Source: Octopus sinensis (taxonomy: Eukaryota). From it: a stretch of DNA of 64,000 nt. Shown here in pieces: positions 39,729 to 54,360 of this stretch (position 1 is the stretch's first letter; each line of letters starts with the position of its first letter). A model generated the notes under the pieces. It searched no databases. It was not told where the DNA came from and was given only the letters and a program-made list of their open reading frames with translations. Both the position numbers and the translations under genes were made by a program. The stretch spans positions 151,466,001-151,530,000 of the forward strand of contig NC_043000.1 of assembly GCF_006345805.1 (NCBI RefSeq). The letters run 5' to 3'.

Positions 39729-40633
39729 CCCTTTTATATATATATACATACCCTTATAAATAGCTTTATATACATACGCACACACACACACACAGGTGCT
39801 GCAACCTGAATTTGATCAATGCCATTGCTTAACGATCCCTTAAACATGAGCAGCACAGACATGGCCTAGACAAGTGCCTCTTGCAGCAGGTGTTAAGGTA
39901 GCTTGCCACCCATAGTGACACACGCCTTCATTCCACCATTGAACCTTTCACTGAATATTTTACCTTTCTCTACACTAACCCATCATATGCAACACATAAC
40001 AGAAATGTTAAAAAATCAAGTAACACCTGTATTTGAGGGTTCTTAATGAAAGGAAAGGCCAAGCTCTCTTTCAAGGGCAAATTCCACTGTCCATATAACA
40101 TCGCTGGTTGCAAACAGAGTCACGGGTGTTAGAATCAGATTTTCCTGAGCCTAGAGAGATGGCCAAAGATTAATGATGGCTGTTGACTCTACTGAGTCCA
40201 TCTACCCATTGACATGTTACTGTAAGGTGTCTAGCAAAATCCACTACCTTTGCCCAAGTGGAACAGTTAGGGTTAGGGTTACTCAATGACAGAGAGAAAA
40301 TGTGATAAATTCTGCGGAATTACATGTTATTAGTAACATACGATAAACCTGACAAATACACATACATATATGTATGTATAAGTACATAAGTGTATGAGTA
40401 TATGGAAATGTATATGAATATATATGTGTGTGTACATGTATCAATCAATATATATTTATTTATTTATTTATTTATTAAGTTATGGATGGTCATAGAGTGA
40501 CCATTCATTTTGCAACTATGAAGCATTTCTTTCTCTTAAAAGCAGATGCTATGGTGTTATATAATCACATTATATATATATGTATACATATATACATACA
40601 TATGTATATATATGTATATATATATACATATAT

Positions 40634-41273
40634 CATCATCATTGTTTAGCGTCCGCTTTCCATGGTTGCACGATTTGACTGAGGACTGGTGAACCAGATG
40701 GCTGCACCAGGCTCCAATCTTGATCTGGCAGACTTTCTACAGCTGGATGCCCTTCCTAACGCCAACCACTCCGAGAGTGTAGTGGGTGCTTTTTACGTTC
40801 CCCCCTGCACAGGAGCCAGTCCAGCGGCACTGGCTACAACCTCACTTGAATGTTTTTTCACGTGCCACCGGCACAAGTGCCAGTAAGGTGACGCTGGTAA
40901 CGATCACACTCGAATGAAGCCAGTTAGCCGCTCTGGCAACGATCGCGCTCAGATGGTGCTCTTAGCGCTCCACTAGCACGGATGCCAGTCATCAAATTTG
41001 ATTTCAATTTTATTTGCCTGAACAGGTCTTTGCAAGCAGAGTTTAGTGTCCAATGAAAGAAAGGTATGCATAAGTGGGCTGGTTACACCCCTGGCACGTA
41101 AAAAGCACCTACTACACTCACGGAGTGGTTGGCATTAGGAAGGGCATCCAGCCATAGAAACATTGCCAGATCAGACTGGAGCCTGGTGCAGCCTTCTGGC
41201 TCACCAGCCCTCAGTCAAAATCGTCCAACCCATGCTAGCATGGAAAGCGGACGTTAAACGATGATGATGATGA
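40634..41273. mobile_element. Inverted pair of family C RTE-type 3' elements (minus copy ~40634-41091, plus copy 41092-41273)
   Basis: (CAT)n tail on the left and (GAT)n tail on the right, with the same body in opposite orientations. The minus copy carries several diverged units. Confidence 0.75.
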
Positions 41274-41501
41274 TATATATATATATACACATATGCATAC
41301 ATACATATATATACCACACATATACATATATATATATATACACACAACACATATACATATATATATATACACACACACATATACATATATATATATATAC
41401 ACACACACATATACATATATATATATATACACACACACAATATACATATATATATACACACACACACATACACATACATATATATACACACACACACACA
41501 C

Positions 41502-41546
<45 letters not shown>

Positions 41547-41548
<2 letters not shown>

Positions 41549-41769
41549 CCGAACGTGGCCGATGCCAGACCCCTCTGGCACCTGTGCAGGTGGCACGTAA
41601 AAAGCACCCACTACACTCGCGGAGTGGTTGGCGTTAGGAAGGGCATCCAGCTGTAGAAACACTGCCAGACCAGACTGGAACCTGGGGCAGTCCCTAGCTC
41701 CCCAGACCCCGGTCGAAACCGTCCAACCCGTGCTAGCACGGAAAACGGACGTTAATCGATGATGATGAT
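41547..41769 (+). mobile_element. Family C RTE-type 3' element
   Basis: One hairpin+pseudoknot unit, GGAAGGGCATCCAGC body and (GAT)n tail. Confidence 0.75.
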
Positions 41770-42061
41770 ACACACACATATACAAACATACATATATACA
41801 CACACATATACATATATATATATATATACACACACATATACATATATACATACATATGTACACACACACATACACATACATATATACACATATATACATA
41901 CATATGTACACACACACACATATATATAGACAGATCTACACATATACGTATATAGAAATACATGCAGGCATATCATCGATTCGATCCTTGATTGCAAAAT
42001 GTCACTTAACACTTCAACAGTGCTTTTCTCATGGTATAAAGAACAGTGTGTGTGTGTGTAC

Positions 42062-42129
<68 letters not shown>

Positions 42130-42229
42130 GATATATACATACAAATATATGCATATGCACATACACCCACACAAACATTTATATAGTAAATATGTACATA
42201 AGTGTGTGTTTTCTTTACTAGATACAGCT

Positions 42230-43085
42230 TGAGAGCTGCAGCCATGCTGGAGCACAAAATCTTCTACTAGTGTATATTCACTGAACTGCTGCCATGCTGT
42301 CGTACTGTTTCGATAAGTTTAGTCAAACAGCTAAGACCCCAGCACTGGTTTTTATAAAGTCTTGTTTTTATACTACTGGTGTCTTTTGCTGAACTTTTAA
42401 GTTATGAAGTAAGAAACAAATCAACATAGGTTGTTAAGTGTTGGATGGAAGAAGAAACACGTAGATTAACACACACACACACACATACTCACACTCACAT
42501 AAGACATGCTTCTGCACAGTTTTCATCAATCAAATTCATTCATAAGGCTTCAGTTGTCCCAGCGCTATAGTAGAAGACACTGAACTAAGGTGCTGAGCAG
42601 TGGAACTGAACCCCAGGCTGCAAGTCCTGCTTCTTAACCACACAATCATGCCTGGACTGATAATTTAAGGATGAGTATGTGTGTTTGTGTCTATTCATAT
42701 CCATTAGTATTACGAGTATAGGTGTGGCTGTTTGGTAAGAAGTCTGCTTCCTAACCACATGGTTCTGGTTTCAGTCCTGCTGTGTGGCCTCTTGGGTAAG
42801 TGTCTTCTACTACAGCCTTGGGCCAACCAAAGTTTTGTGAGTGGATACGGTAGATGGAAACTAAAAGATGCCTGTCACATATGTGTGTGTGTTTATCCCC
42901 CACTACTGCTTGACAACTGGTGTTGTGTTTACATCCTCGTAACCTAGCGGTTCAGCAAAAGAGACTGATAAGATAAGTACCAAGCTTAAAAAAGAATAAA
43001 TATTGGGGCTGATTTGTTCGTCAAAGATTCTTCAAGGCAGTACCCCGGAATGGTTGCAGTCTAATGACTGAAACAAGCAAAAGAA
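42230..43085. mobile_element. Two old SINE family A copies head-to-head (minus ~42230-42652, plus ~42720-43085)
   Basis: Diverged matches in opposite orientations. Confidence 0.7.
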
Positions 43086-43531
43086 TATATATATATATAA
43101 CTGCTGCTTAGGGTTATCAAATTTTGCCCTAGTTGATATTTTACTTCACCTTCCTGTATACCTAAAACATTACTTCAATATTGCACCTGTTTGTATAATA
43201 TGCATTGTTATTTGAAACACCTGTGAAGATATGACTTGATAAGATCTCGTATATTTTATACACAACTTTTCATATAAATACATTCCTTACACCTGTTATT
43301 GAGTGACTGTCTGTCTACTTCCACACCCACTCAATTTTGATAGTTTTTCTGGCCAACTGTTCTACCCCTGGGCCACCTCACTCTAAAATAATTGGAGTTT
43401 AAGATTCTCTCAGAGTGCTATTTGGTGCCTATGCCATGCCTAAAGTAGCATTTAATCACTCATTTTGCACACATATGTAATTATATATATATCTGTATGG
43501 TTATATATAACATGCATATATATATTTGTAT

Positions 43532-43819
43532 GTGATCACGTGACCGACCAGACAATCAGATGTTGTTACACATCGCTGGTCACAATGCGTTCGCATTATT
43601 TTAGCCTTCGAATGACGCCACCCCACTGGCTAAGCGAGCAGGCCAACAGAAGAAAGAGTGGTGAAAGAGTACAGCAGGGATCACCACCCCCTGCCGGAGC
43701 ATCGTGGAGCTTTTAGGTGTTTTCGCTCAATAAACACTCACAACGCCCGGTCTGGGAATCGAAACCACGATCCTGCGACCGCGAGTCCACTGCCCTCACC
43801 ACTGGGCCATTGCGCCTCC
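43532..43819 (-). mobile_element. SINE family D (tRNA-derived head); 3' fragment also at 14657-14775 (+)
   Basis: Head GGAGGCGCAATGGCCCAGTGG...GGTTTCGATTCCC has A and B boxes. The 3' body CATTGTGACCAGCGATGTGTAACAACATCTGA is shared with the 14657 copy. Confidence 0.8.
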
Positions 43820-44029
43820 ACATATTTGTATGTATATGTGAATATATCTATGGATACATATACACACATAGATAGACACACACTGACAGACAGATAGATA
43901 GAGAGAGAGAGATAGACAGATAGATACATAGACAGATATATGCATACACAGCTTGATAGACAGACAGACAGACAACTGGAGAAATAGACAGATAGATAGA
44001 TGAATAGACAGACAGACAGATATGTAAGT

Positions 44030-44380
44030 GTGGGTGTGTTATAAGAAGTTTGCTTCCCAACCAAATGGTTCCAGGTTCAGTCCCACTGCATGGCACATTG
44101 GGCATCCTCTGCTATAGCCCTGGGCCAATCAAAGCACCATGAGTGGATTTGGTAGACAGAGACTGAAAAAAACCTTTTTGTATACATGTATGTGTGTATG
44201 CACACAGATATGTTATCTCCTTGCAGTGATGTTACATGATAGTTGGAAATGAGTGCCATCGTCATGCAAGCAGTGTCCTTCTTTTTAAACATGTCTGGCC
44301 ATGGAAACATTGCATGGAAGCAGGTGAGGGTTGGCAACAGGAAGAGTATCCAGTCATAAAACCTCTGCCTAAATAAATTC
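44030..44380 (+). mobile_element. SINE with family A head and RTE-type alternative 3' half
   Basis: The family A head up to GACTGAAAAAAACC is followed by the 18780-type 3' body instead of the family A tail. Confidence 0.55.
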
Positions 44381-44716
44381 GACCGGCCCACACAAGTACA
44401 TTTCTGTTCATCTCTCACTCTCTCCACAATCTTTTGCAACCTTATCCACCCATTCTGATTTTGCAATTCATCTTCTTGATAGTATTTTCTAGCACTTCAT
44501 CATCACAATATTTATCTCTCTTTCTAACTCCATTCCACCCACCAACAATTACCAATGGGAAATGTAAGGCAGCCATGAATCTCCTCCACAGCATCAAACC
44601 TGCACTTCCTATCATGATCTAACCTTTAAAAAATCTAGCAGAAAGCAACCTCTCTACCTCCTATCCACCTGCTCAGTCAAGGGGGTTCTGTAATCTAGCA
44701 AATTACAAGGTAACAT

Positions 44717-44887
44717 GGCGCAGGAGTGGCTGTGTGGTAAGTAGCTTGCTTACCAACCACATGGTTCCGGGTTCAGTTCCACTGCGTGGCACCTTGGGCA
44801 AGTGTCTTCTACTATAGCCTTAGGCCGACCAAAGCCTTGTGAGTGGATTTGGTAGACAGAAACTGAAAGAAGCCCGTCGTATATACG

Positions 44888-44922
<35 letters not shown>

Positions 44923-45132
44923 ATGTTTGTCTGTGTTTGTCCCTCTAGCATTGCTTGATAACCGATGCTGGTGTGTTTACGTCCCCGTCACTTAGCGGTT
45001 CGGCAAAAGAGACCGATAGAATAAGTACTGGGCTTACAAAAGAATAAGTCCCGGGGTCGAATTGCTCGACTAAAGGCGGTGCTCCAGCATGGCCACAGTC
45101 AAATGACTGAAACAAGTAAAAGAGTAAAAGAG
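44717..45132 (+). mobile_element. SINE family A
   Basis: Full-length; sits immediately before an RTE LINE remnant. Confidence 0.9.
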
Positions 45133-45510
45133 GCCTTGAACCAGAAGACTTACAGTGACTAGAACGAACGGAAGCAAGCATGCATTGCAGTATGGAATAA
45201 TGTTAGTGTGCATGAACAACGGAGTATTAAAGAGCTCAAAGGAAAACTAAATATAAGAGGATTCAGCTACAGTGTGCAAGAGAGAAGACTTGTGATGGTA
45301 TAAAAATATGATGCATATGGAGGGATTACAGCTGAATAAATAAATGCTGTGCACACAAACTGAATGGAACCTGTGGAAGAGGGAGACCAAGACAGACTTG
45401 AAATAATGTGGTGCAGATTAATTTCAGGATGTTCCATCTCATAGAGATAGAAAGAGACCATGTTGACAGATTATTCAATCGCAGAAGACCCGAGTACATG
45501 AAACCCAACA
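45133..45510 (+). mobile_element. RTE-clade LINE ORF C-terminal remnant
   Basis: Frameshifted ERTEASM...NVSVHEQRSIKELKGKLNIRGFSYSVQERRL...GTCGRGRPRQT matches the RTE-type RRLRW.GHV...RGRPRKTW region. Confidence 0.65.
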
Positions 45511-45631
45511 AATATTATGAGCAAGGGGAACCATAACTCACAGCAATAAAAGTAGTAATGCAGACTGAACTGATTATATATATATATATATATATTATAT
45601 ATACACATACACACACAAACACATATATATA

Positions 45632-46010
45632 TACTCTTTACTCTTTTACTTGTTTCAATCATTTGACTGCGGCCATGCTGGAGCACTGCCTTTTTAGTCG
45701 AGGAAATCGACCCCAGGACTTATTCTATCGGTCTCTTTTGCCGAACCGCTAAGTGACGGGGACGTAAACACTCCAGCATCGGTTGCCAAGCAATGCTAGG
45801 GGGACAAACACAGACACACACACACACATATATATATACATATAAACGACAGGCTTCTTTCAGTTTCCGTCTACCAAATCCACTCACAAGGCATTGGTCG
45901 GCCCGGGGCTATAGCAGAAGACACTTGCCCGAGATGCCACGCAGTGGGACTGAACCCGGAACCATGTGGTTGATTAGCAAGCTACTTACCACACAGCCAC
46001 TCCTGCACCT
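45632..46010 (-). mobile_element. SINE family A
   Basis: Near full-length; inverted relative to the 44717 copy. Confidence 0.9.
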
Positions 46011-46809
46011 ATATATATATATATATATATTTACATACATACATCTAGTGAAGAGATGAAGAATTAAAATATGAAAAAAAAGGAAAGGAAGAAGGGTAAG
46101 CAGGTTCTTGTAGAGGTGCTACATGGTCACTCACCTTTTGGAGAAAGAGTGAGAATGATCAGTAGGTGATGCAAATCAAGTAGACCCTCAAGGTACAAAG
46201 TGAGAAGAACCCTGTTAGGACATAAGAACTAGGAGTGTGAGTGGGTGAGGGTTTGCAAGAGATGGGGTGGATGGGTGGTATGCATGTATATATGGATATA
46301 TATATATATATATATAAACTGAATAGGATTGAAGGGTGGATGTAGGAAGTAATAAATGACCAATGATGGATGAATTGGGGAAGGTGGAGGGGAGTAATAG
46401 AGGCAGTAATGATGATAATCTTTACAGGAGAATGAGAGAGGGAGATGACATGAGGTTGGGTAGGCAAAAGAAGTGGGGAGGAGAAAGGAAGGAGAGAGCC
46501 TGACTTAGTGCATGAAGGGAGATAATTAAGTTTGTTGGGGGTGGGTGGGGGTAGAGAACATCATTAACGAGGGTGTGGAGAACAATAATTACTGGATGAA
46601 GTGCTAATAAGTCATATGGCTCAAGGTGGCAAGAAAAATAGGATAGTCTGAAGAGGAAGGGGAGACGCACTGACAGATATAATGGGTGAGTGGTCGTATT
46701 TACATATGTATATATTTATACAGACATTTACATACAGACATACATATATACATATAAAACAAATACACACACATATTCATACATGTATAAATATATGTAT
46801 CATACACAT

Positions 46810-47125
46810 ATTCTTTTATTACTAGTTTTCAGTCATTTGACTGTGGCCATGCTGGAGCTCTGCCTTAAAGGGCTTTAGTCGAAGAAACTGACCCCAGAAC
46901 TTATTCTATTTGTCTCTTATATATACATAATATACACACACATATATATAAAGGCACACACACACAAATACACATACAACATACTTCATTCAGTTTTTGG
47001 TTACCAAATCTGCTCACAAGAAGAAATTGGTTTGCCTAAATTATAGCAGAAGACACTAGCTCAAGAGTCCATACAGTGTGACTGGAATTGATGGAACAAA
47101 AGATTCTTAACCAAACAGCCTTCCC
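46810..47125 (-). mobile_element. SINE family A (old)
   Basis: Diverged match; a similar old copy lies at ~47513-47868. Confidence 0.65.
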
Positions 47126-47153
47126 TGCTACACACCACACACACACACACATA

Positions 47154-47400
47154 TCATCATCATCGTTTAGCGTCCGTTTTCCATGCTAGCATGGGTTGGA
47201 CGGTTCAACTGGGGTCTGTGAAGCTGGAAGGCTTCATCAGGCCCAGTCAGATCTGGCAGTGCTTCTACGGCTGGATGCCCTTCCTAACACCAACCACTCC
47301 GTGAGTGTAGTGGGTGCTTTTTACGTGCCACCCGCACAGGTGCCAGACAGAGCTGGCAAACAGCCACGAACGGATGGTGCTTTTATGTGCCACCGGCACA
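47154..47400 (-). mobile_element. Family C RTE-type 3' element
   Basis: Reverse complement of the 60494-60998 3' body, with two pseudoknot motifs. Confidence 0.75.
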
Positions 47401-48149
47401 TATGTATATATATATTTATAGAGAGAGAGAGAGATCTACATATATACACACACACATAAATATATATATACATATATACATGTATACTCATATCTGTATG
47501 CATACACACATCTACTTGTTTCAGTCCTTAAATGGAGGCCATGCTAAGGTACCCCCTTGAAGGATTTAGTTGAAGAAATTCACCCTAGTACTTTATTTTC
47601 TAACCCTGCTATTTGTTATATCAGACTCCTTTTTACCAAAACTGCTAAGTTAAATCAGCATTTGTCAAGTAGTGGTAGAGAACAAAAACAAATACAAAAA
47701 CACACACACATGAATATATTCATAAATGTGTGTGTGATGGCTTCCTTTCAGTTTCCGCCAATCAAATCCACTCAACGCTTGGTTGGTTTGAGGCTAGGTG
47801 CCGCTTAGTGGGACAGAACCCAGAACCATGTAGTTGGGAAGCAAACTTCCGGTCACATTGTTATGCCTGGGGGCTATCAAGATGTGGACGAGCATGACCA
47901 TCACAAACGAATTATCTTATCCTAGTTGTTAAAGACAATGGCTGTCATATGCAGAAAGTGAAAGTAAACCAAAAATTTGAACAACAACACTAAGATAAAA
48001 ACATACATAAATATAGATACACTTGGATGTATCTACACACCTATGTAAAAAAGAATGTATATACCGAATATATATACATATATATACTATGCACACATAT
48101 ATACACCCACATACATATACTCACATACAAATATAGACACACACACACG

Positions 48150-49028
48150 TATGCATAAAGAAACATATCTATCTATAAATAAAGAAACATAAATATATAT
48201 ATATATAAATAAATATATATTAAATAAATGAATAAACGAATAAATATATATATATAAATAAATATATACTTATATATATATATATATATGTAAATAAATA
48301 TCTATATACTCATATATATATTGTATACATAATATAATATAAATACATACATATACTTATATAAATATAAATAAGTATAAACATATACTTATATATATAT
48401 ATAAAATATATATATATACATAAATATAAATTTATATATATATCCTGTACTCATTTATCAGCCTCTTGTTGCCTAACTGCTAAGTTACAGGGATGTAAAC
48501 ATACCAGCATTGGTTGTCATGCGATGTTGGTGGGAGAACCACACATACAGAAACATATACACACACACATACATACATATGACAGGCTTCTTTCAGTTTC
48601 TCTCTGCCAAATCCACTCACAAGGCTTTGGTTGGCCCAAGGCTATAGTAGAAGACACATGCCCAAGGTGCCATGCAGTAGGGCTGAACCCAGAACCATGT
48701 GGTTGGTAAGCAAACTACTTACTACACAGCCACTCCTCAACCTATACTTATATATATATATATATATACACACTTATATATAAATAAATATATTTATATA
48801 TACTTATATATATGTATATAAATATATATATTAGATATATACTTATATATATGTATATAGATAAAATATTTATATACTCATATATATTATTATATATATA
48901 TATATATTAGATATATCTTATATATATATATATATAATATATATATTATATATACATATGTATATAAATATTATATATTGCTTATATATGTACAAGTAAA
49001 TATATTTATACATTTATGTAAATAAATA

Positions 49029-49068
<40 letters not shown>
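48150..49068. repeat. TA-rich low-complexity tracts flanking a SINE
   Basis: Degenerate (TA)n. Confidence 0.9.
48445..48740 (-). mobile_element. SINE family A (3'-truncated)
   Basis: Head and middle match the consensus. Confidence 0.8.
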
Positions 49069-49071
<3 letters not shown>

Positions 49072-49458
49072 CACAGGAGTGGCTTTGTGGTAAGTAGCAT
49101 GCTTGTCAACGACATGGTTCTGGGTTCACCTTGGGCAAGTGTCTCCTACTATATCCTTGGGCCAACCAAACCCTGTTGGGTGGATTTGGTTTACAGAAAC
49201 TGAAAGAAGCCCATCGTATATATATATATATATATATATATATAACATATAGAATATACAGGGTGTCCCATAGTTGCACACCACCGTAGTTTTTTTAAAA
49301 GAATACACTCTTATTGAACACTTTATAGAAATTAATCATAACAAATGCTCAAATTGAACACCCTCTACAATAAAACATGCCAAAAAATATAATAAAATAA
49401 ATTGCTTTAATAATTTTTAATGAAAACCAGAATGGTGCACGACTTCTGGGACACCCTG

Positions 49459-49491
<33 letters not shown>

Positions 49492-49713
49492 GTATGTATG
49501 TGTGAGTATATATTTATGTCTGTGTTTGTTCCCACCCAATATCACTTGAGAACCGATGTTGGTGTGTTTACATCCCTATAACCTAGCGGTTTGTTAAAAG
49601 CGACTGATAGAATAAGTATTTGGCTTACAACCAATAAGTTCTGGGATCGATTTGCTCGACAAAAGGCATTGCTCCAGCATGGCTACAGTCATATGACTGA
49701 GACAAGTAAAAGA
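49069..49713 (+). mobile_element. SINE family A interrupted by a Tc1/mariner MITE
   Basis: Head at 49069-49217 and 3' half at ~49500-49713. Confidence 0.8.
49259..49458. mobile_element. Tc1/mariner MITE nested in a SINE microsatellite
   Basis: TA|CAGGGTGTCCCA...GCACACCA and TGGTGCAC...TGGGACACCCTG|TA; 200 bp. Confidence 0.8.
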
Positions 49714-50345
49714 ATATATATATATATTATATATTATATATATACCTGTATATATTTATAAATACAAATATATAGTCATGTATTTATCAGAAAGGGAGAT
49801 GACAAAGGAATCAATGTTTATCTGAGGAACTTCACTAGCTTACAGCTATTTCTGCTATAAGATGCAGTGGACATATATTTGAGTGCAGGAGTAAGACCTT
49901 ACAGCCTCACTGAGGCCTCGAATATGAAGTGCAATTATAGGGAATTGTGCCTGTATAGGGAATGGCCTCAACAATGAGAAAATCAATATAAGAACAGTGC
50001 CTGTCCAAAAAGTAATTAGATACAAAAGAGGGAATATATGTGTGTGTATGTATGTATATATATATATATATATATAAACAGCTATATATATTTATCCATA
50101 TAAATCTTAAATATAGACATAGTCACAAATACATCTCCAGACATGTATTTGTTATACATATATCATGACACATACATGCACACACACTTGTCTACACATA
50201 TATATATAAATATATAGCTAGATATATATAGATACTTACATCTACATAAGTCTATGTACACACACACACACATATACATATATAGATAGCTATATATATA
50301 TATATATATATATATTGATAGATAGATAGCTAGATATATATATAT

Positions 50346-50385
<40 letters not shown>

Positions 50386-51221
50386 ATAAATAGATAGATA
50401 GATAGAGAGATAGATACAATACACATCCATATATCACCATTGTCATCATTTAATGGCTGTTTTCCAAACTGGCATGGGTTTGAAATCAACGTATATACAC
50501 ACCCTAATATACATATACCTATACTTAAATATACATTTATATTTTCATAGAATTATACACACACACACACACACATATATATATACACACACACACACAC
50601 TCACACGTACTGATACCACTTTTGTTAGCTTTATATTGATAAAATGTATTTTGGGTGTGTGTATATGTATACATATATTCTCATAGATAGAAATTTATAT
50701 ACGTATATTAGCATATGTAATGTTTTCTTACATTTCAATTATACTGCTTAGTCGAGGGGAATAATTTCTTTGACTTAATGAACAATTTTTCTAGTGTATA
50801 TAGATAGATATTTTCTAGCATATAGCATAGATGCACATTAAAATTACTCCTGTCACGACATAATTTATTTTATTATCATTCTTTCGATAGTATTGACGAC
50901 GATGATGATGATGATAATTACCATAAATATACTAATAATTATTGTGCTTAATATTGTATACTGATATTTAGTTATTAAGTAATAGCTTTGTGCCAAAGTA
51001 AATATATATTATGTATAAGTATATCCAAGTTGATGGTGATGATAATCAAGATGATGATGATTTTAGAAGTATAATTTCTAATTATTATTAAAATCTCTGG
51101 TAATTTTAAAATCTAATTTGAATTTGGAATTTTTGTCAAACAGAAGATTCGCGTAAGAAAGGATGCGAAAGTAATCATTTCTTTATCATTGTCATAAGGA
51201 TGCGAAAATAATGGCACCAAC

Positions 51222-51341
51222 CTTTCCAGATTCCCTTTCGAAGTTAACAAATTCTGTTGTTGCTATTCTGTCTTCTGGTTTATCTGACCATGATTTGGCA
51301 GCAAAGCTTAGTGAAAACGTAGTTCCTGTTGCGACGAAAGC
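51222..51341 (-). CDS. CBFB: CBF-beta coding exon 3
   Basis: TTTACAG|GCT...AAG|GTTGGT; 120 nt; AFVATGTTFSLSFAAKSWSDKPEDRIATTEFVNFERESGK (human AFVATGTNLSLQF...EYVDLEREAGK). Confidence 0.96.
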
Positions 51342-51728
51342 CTGTAAATTTTTAAAAAAATGATCTTTTAATAAAAAATGTCATCATATATAATCCAATC
51401 TTGAAAATAAATCTATAAGCACAAATTCTATTTGCAGAAATAGTTAGTGATTTCTTCAAACTTATGCAATTTTGACAATTTCTAAAAAAAAAAAAAATGG
51501 GAGGTAACGGCAAAAGAAATAGTACTTTCCCCCTTAGCTTAGATTATAAGGCTTTAGTTTAGATATTAGATATATTTTCATATAAAATTCATAGCATTTA
51601 AAGACGATGATCTTTTAAATGATAGATTATATACACGTATATCCTGATAGATCGCTTTCACAAAAAGTGGGAGTGTAGGCTAGTTTAAATAAACTATGAT
51701 CGCTGACAGTAGGAAATATTTTACTTAC

Positions 51729-51815
51729 TATATCAGCATGTCCTTCACGACATTCTGTTTGAAATCGAAGCTGTCGTTCTTCTTCGGGTTTATCACGGAA
51801 TCCTGTATATTTTAT
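51729..51815 (-). CDS. CBFB: CBF-beta coding exon 2
   Basis: TTTTAG|ATA...ATA|GTAAGT; 87 nt; IKYTGFRDKPEEERQLRFQTECREGHADI (human IKYTGFRDRPHEERQARFQNACRDGRSEI). Confidence 0.97.
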
Positions 51816-51955
51816 CTAAAAATAAAATGAAAATAAAATCATAATAACCGATTAACTTAACTGAGTATCGGCATTTAAACTACGCAACTAGGTTCATTGA
51901 AAAAAGGTGAAGAGAAAATTACTTCCGGGTAAATGAATACTATAACAAAACTTAC

Positions 51956-52033
51956 CTCGCTTTCGTGACTAAGTTTCCGAAACAAATCATCGTGTTCGAA
52001 TTTATCTCTTTGATCGGGAACAACTTTTGGCAT
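51956..52033 (-). CDS. CBFB: Core-binding factor beta subunit (Brother/Big-brother orthologue), coding exon 1
   Basis: Translates MPKVVPDQRDKFEHDDLFRKLSHESE (human MPRVVPDQRSKFENEEFFRKLSRECE). 78 nt, followed by phase-0 donor GAG|GTAAG. Confidence 0.97.
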
Positions 52034-53237
<1,204 letters not shown>

Positions 53238-54189
53238 TAGAATTTTTACCTATTTTGAATCTGTACTTTAAAATTACTGAGAATATTTATCAATCTATCA
53301 TCGTTCAAAATTTATGAATTTGCAGTGTATGCATTCGTCTCGGGGGGTGAAAGGTGTCGATTAAGACTGCTTGCTCTACAAATCCTATAAAACTTTCACT
53401 CTCTATTCCTTGTTTCAGTTTTACATTGTTTGGTTTCATATAATTATGTCTGTTTAGTCTCACATTTATTGATATTATTATTATTATTATTATTTACAAT
53501 TTGGTTTCGTAGCAGGAAAGATTGACCGAGGTTTGAAATGTAAACCCTTGGCTTTAAACATTACTTACGTAATCAACCCCTTCATTCAAGATAACTTGTG
53601 TCTTTAACAGACCAGTGTTACTGAATTTCACAGTCATTGTTTGTATGTTTATCGTTTACGTTTATAATCTAATCAAATGACACAAAAATATTCCCACTGA
53701 CATCATTGTTTTCATTAGTTTATTGGCGGACTTTACGTCATGCAGCTCGTGTTTGGCGACCAAACCATCACAGACGAAGCAGAATTGTTAAAAGTATATG
53801 CATCACCGTCGCCTTTGACGATGGATATTTCAACTGTTCTATCAACTGAACTGCCTACGCATTGAACTACAATCTATGTGGCCGAGTATTCCATAGGCAT
53901 ATATAACGATATCGTAATTTTCAGGCTGAATGAGCGTGGTGCAGTGTATATAGTAAAGATGAATTACGAGTATAGGTCTATCTAAGGGACATCACAGTTT
54001 CCATCTACTCAGTGCTGGGTGTTGACATGAAGCTATCTAGGGTAAAAGATTACGTGCAGTGTGGTCGAACCCAGGTCCTCATGATTGCAAATCGCACCTG
54101 AACTTCTTAGTCACTTGGCCATGTGCGCATCCTAAAATACCAATAAAACACACAAACAAACAAGACACACTCACACACATCCATCCATT

Positions 54190-54328
54190 CATATACATAA
54201 ATATATATATATGTATAATATATATATATATATATATGTATGTATATGTATGTATGTATATATATATATATATGTATGTATATGTATGTATGTATATATA
54301 TATATATATGTATGTATATGTATGTATG

Positions 54329-54360
<32 letters not shown>

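Noticed and set aside
43745-43819. tRNA gene
   Set aside because: A and B boxes are present, but the sequence continues into a SINE body shared with 14657-14775 and lacks a proper acceptor stem. The same applies to family A and B heads.
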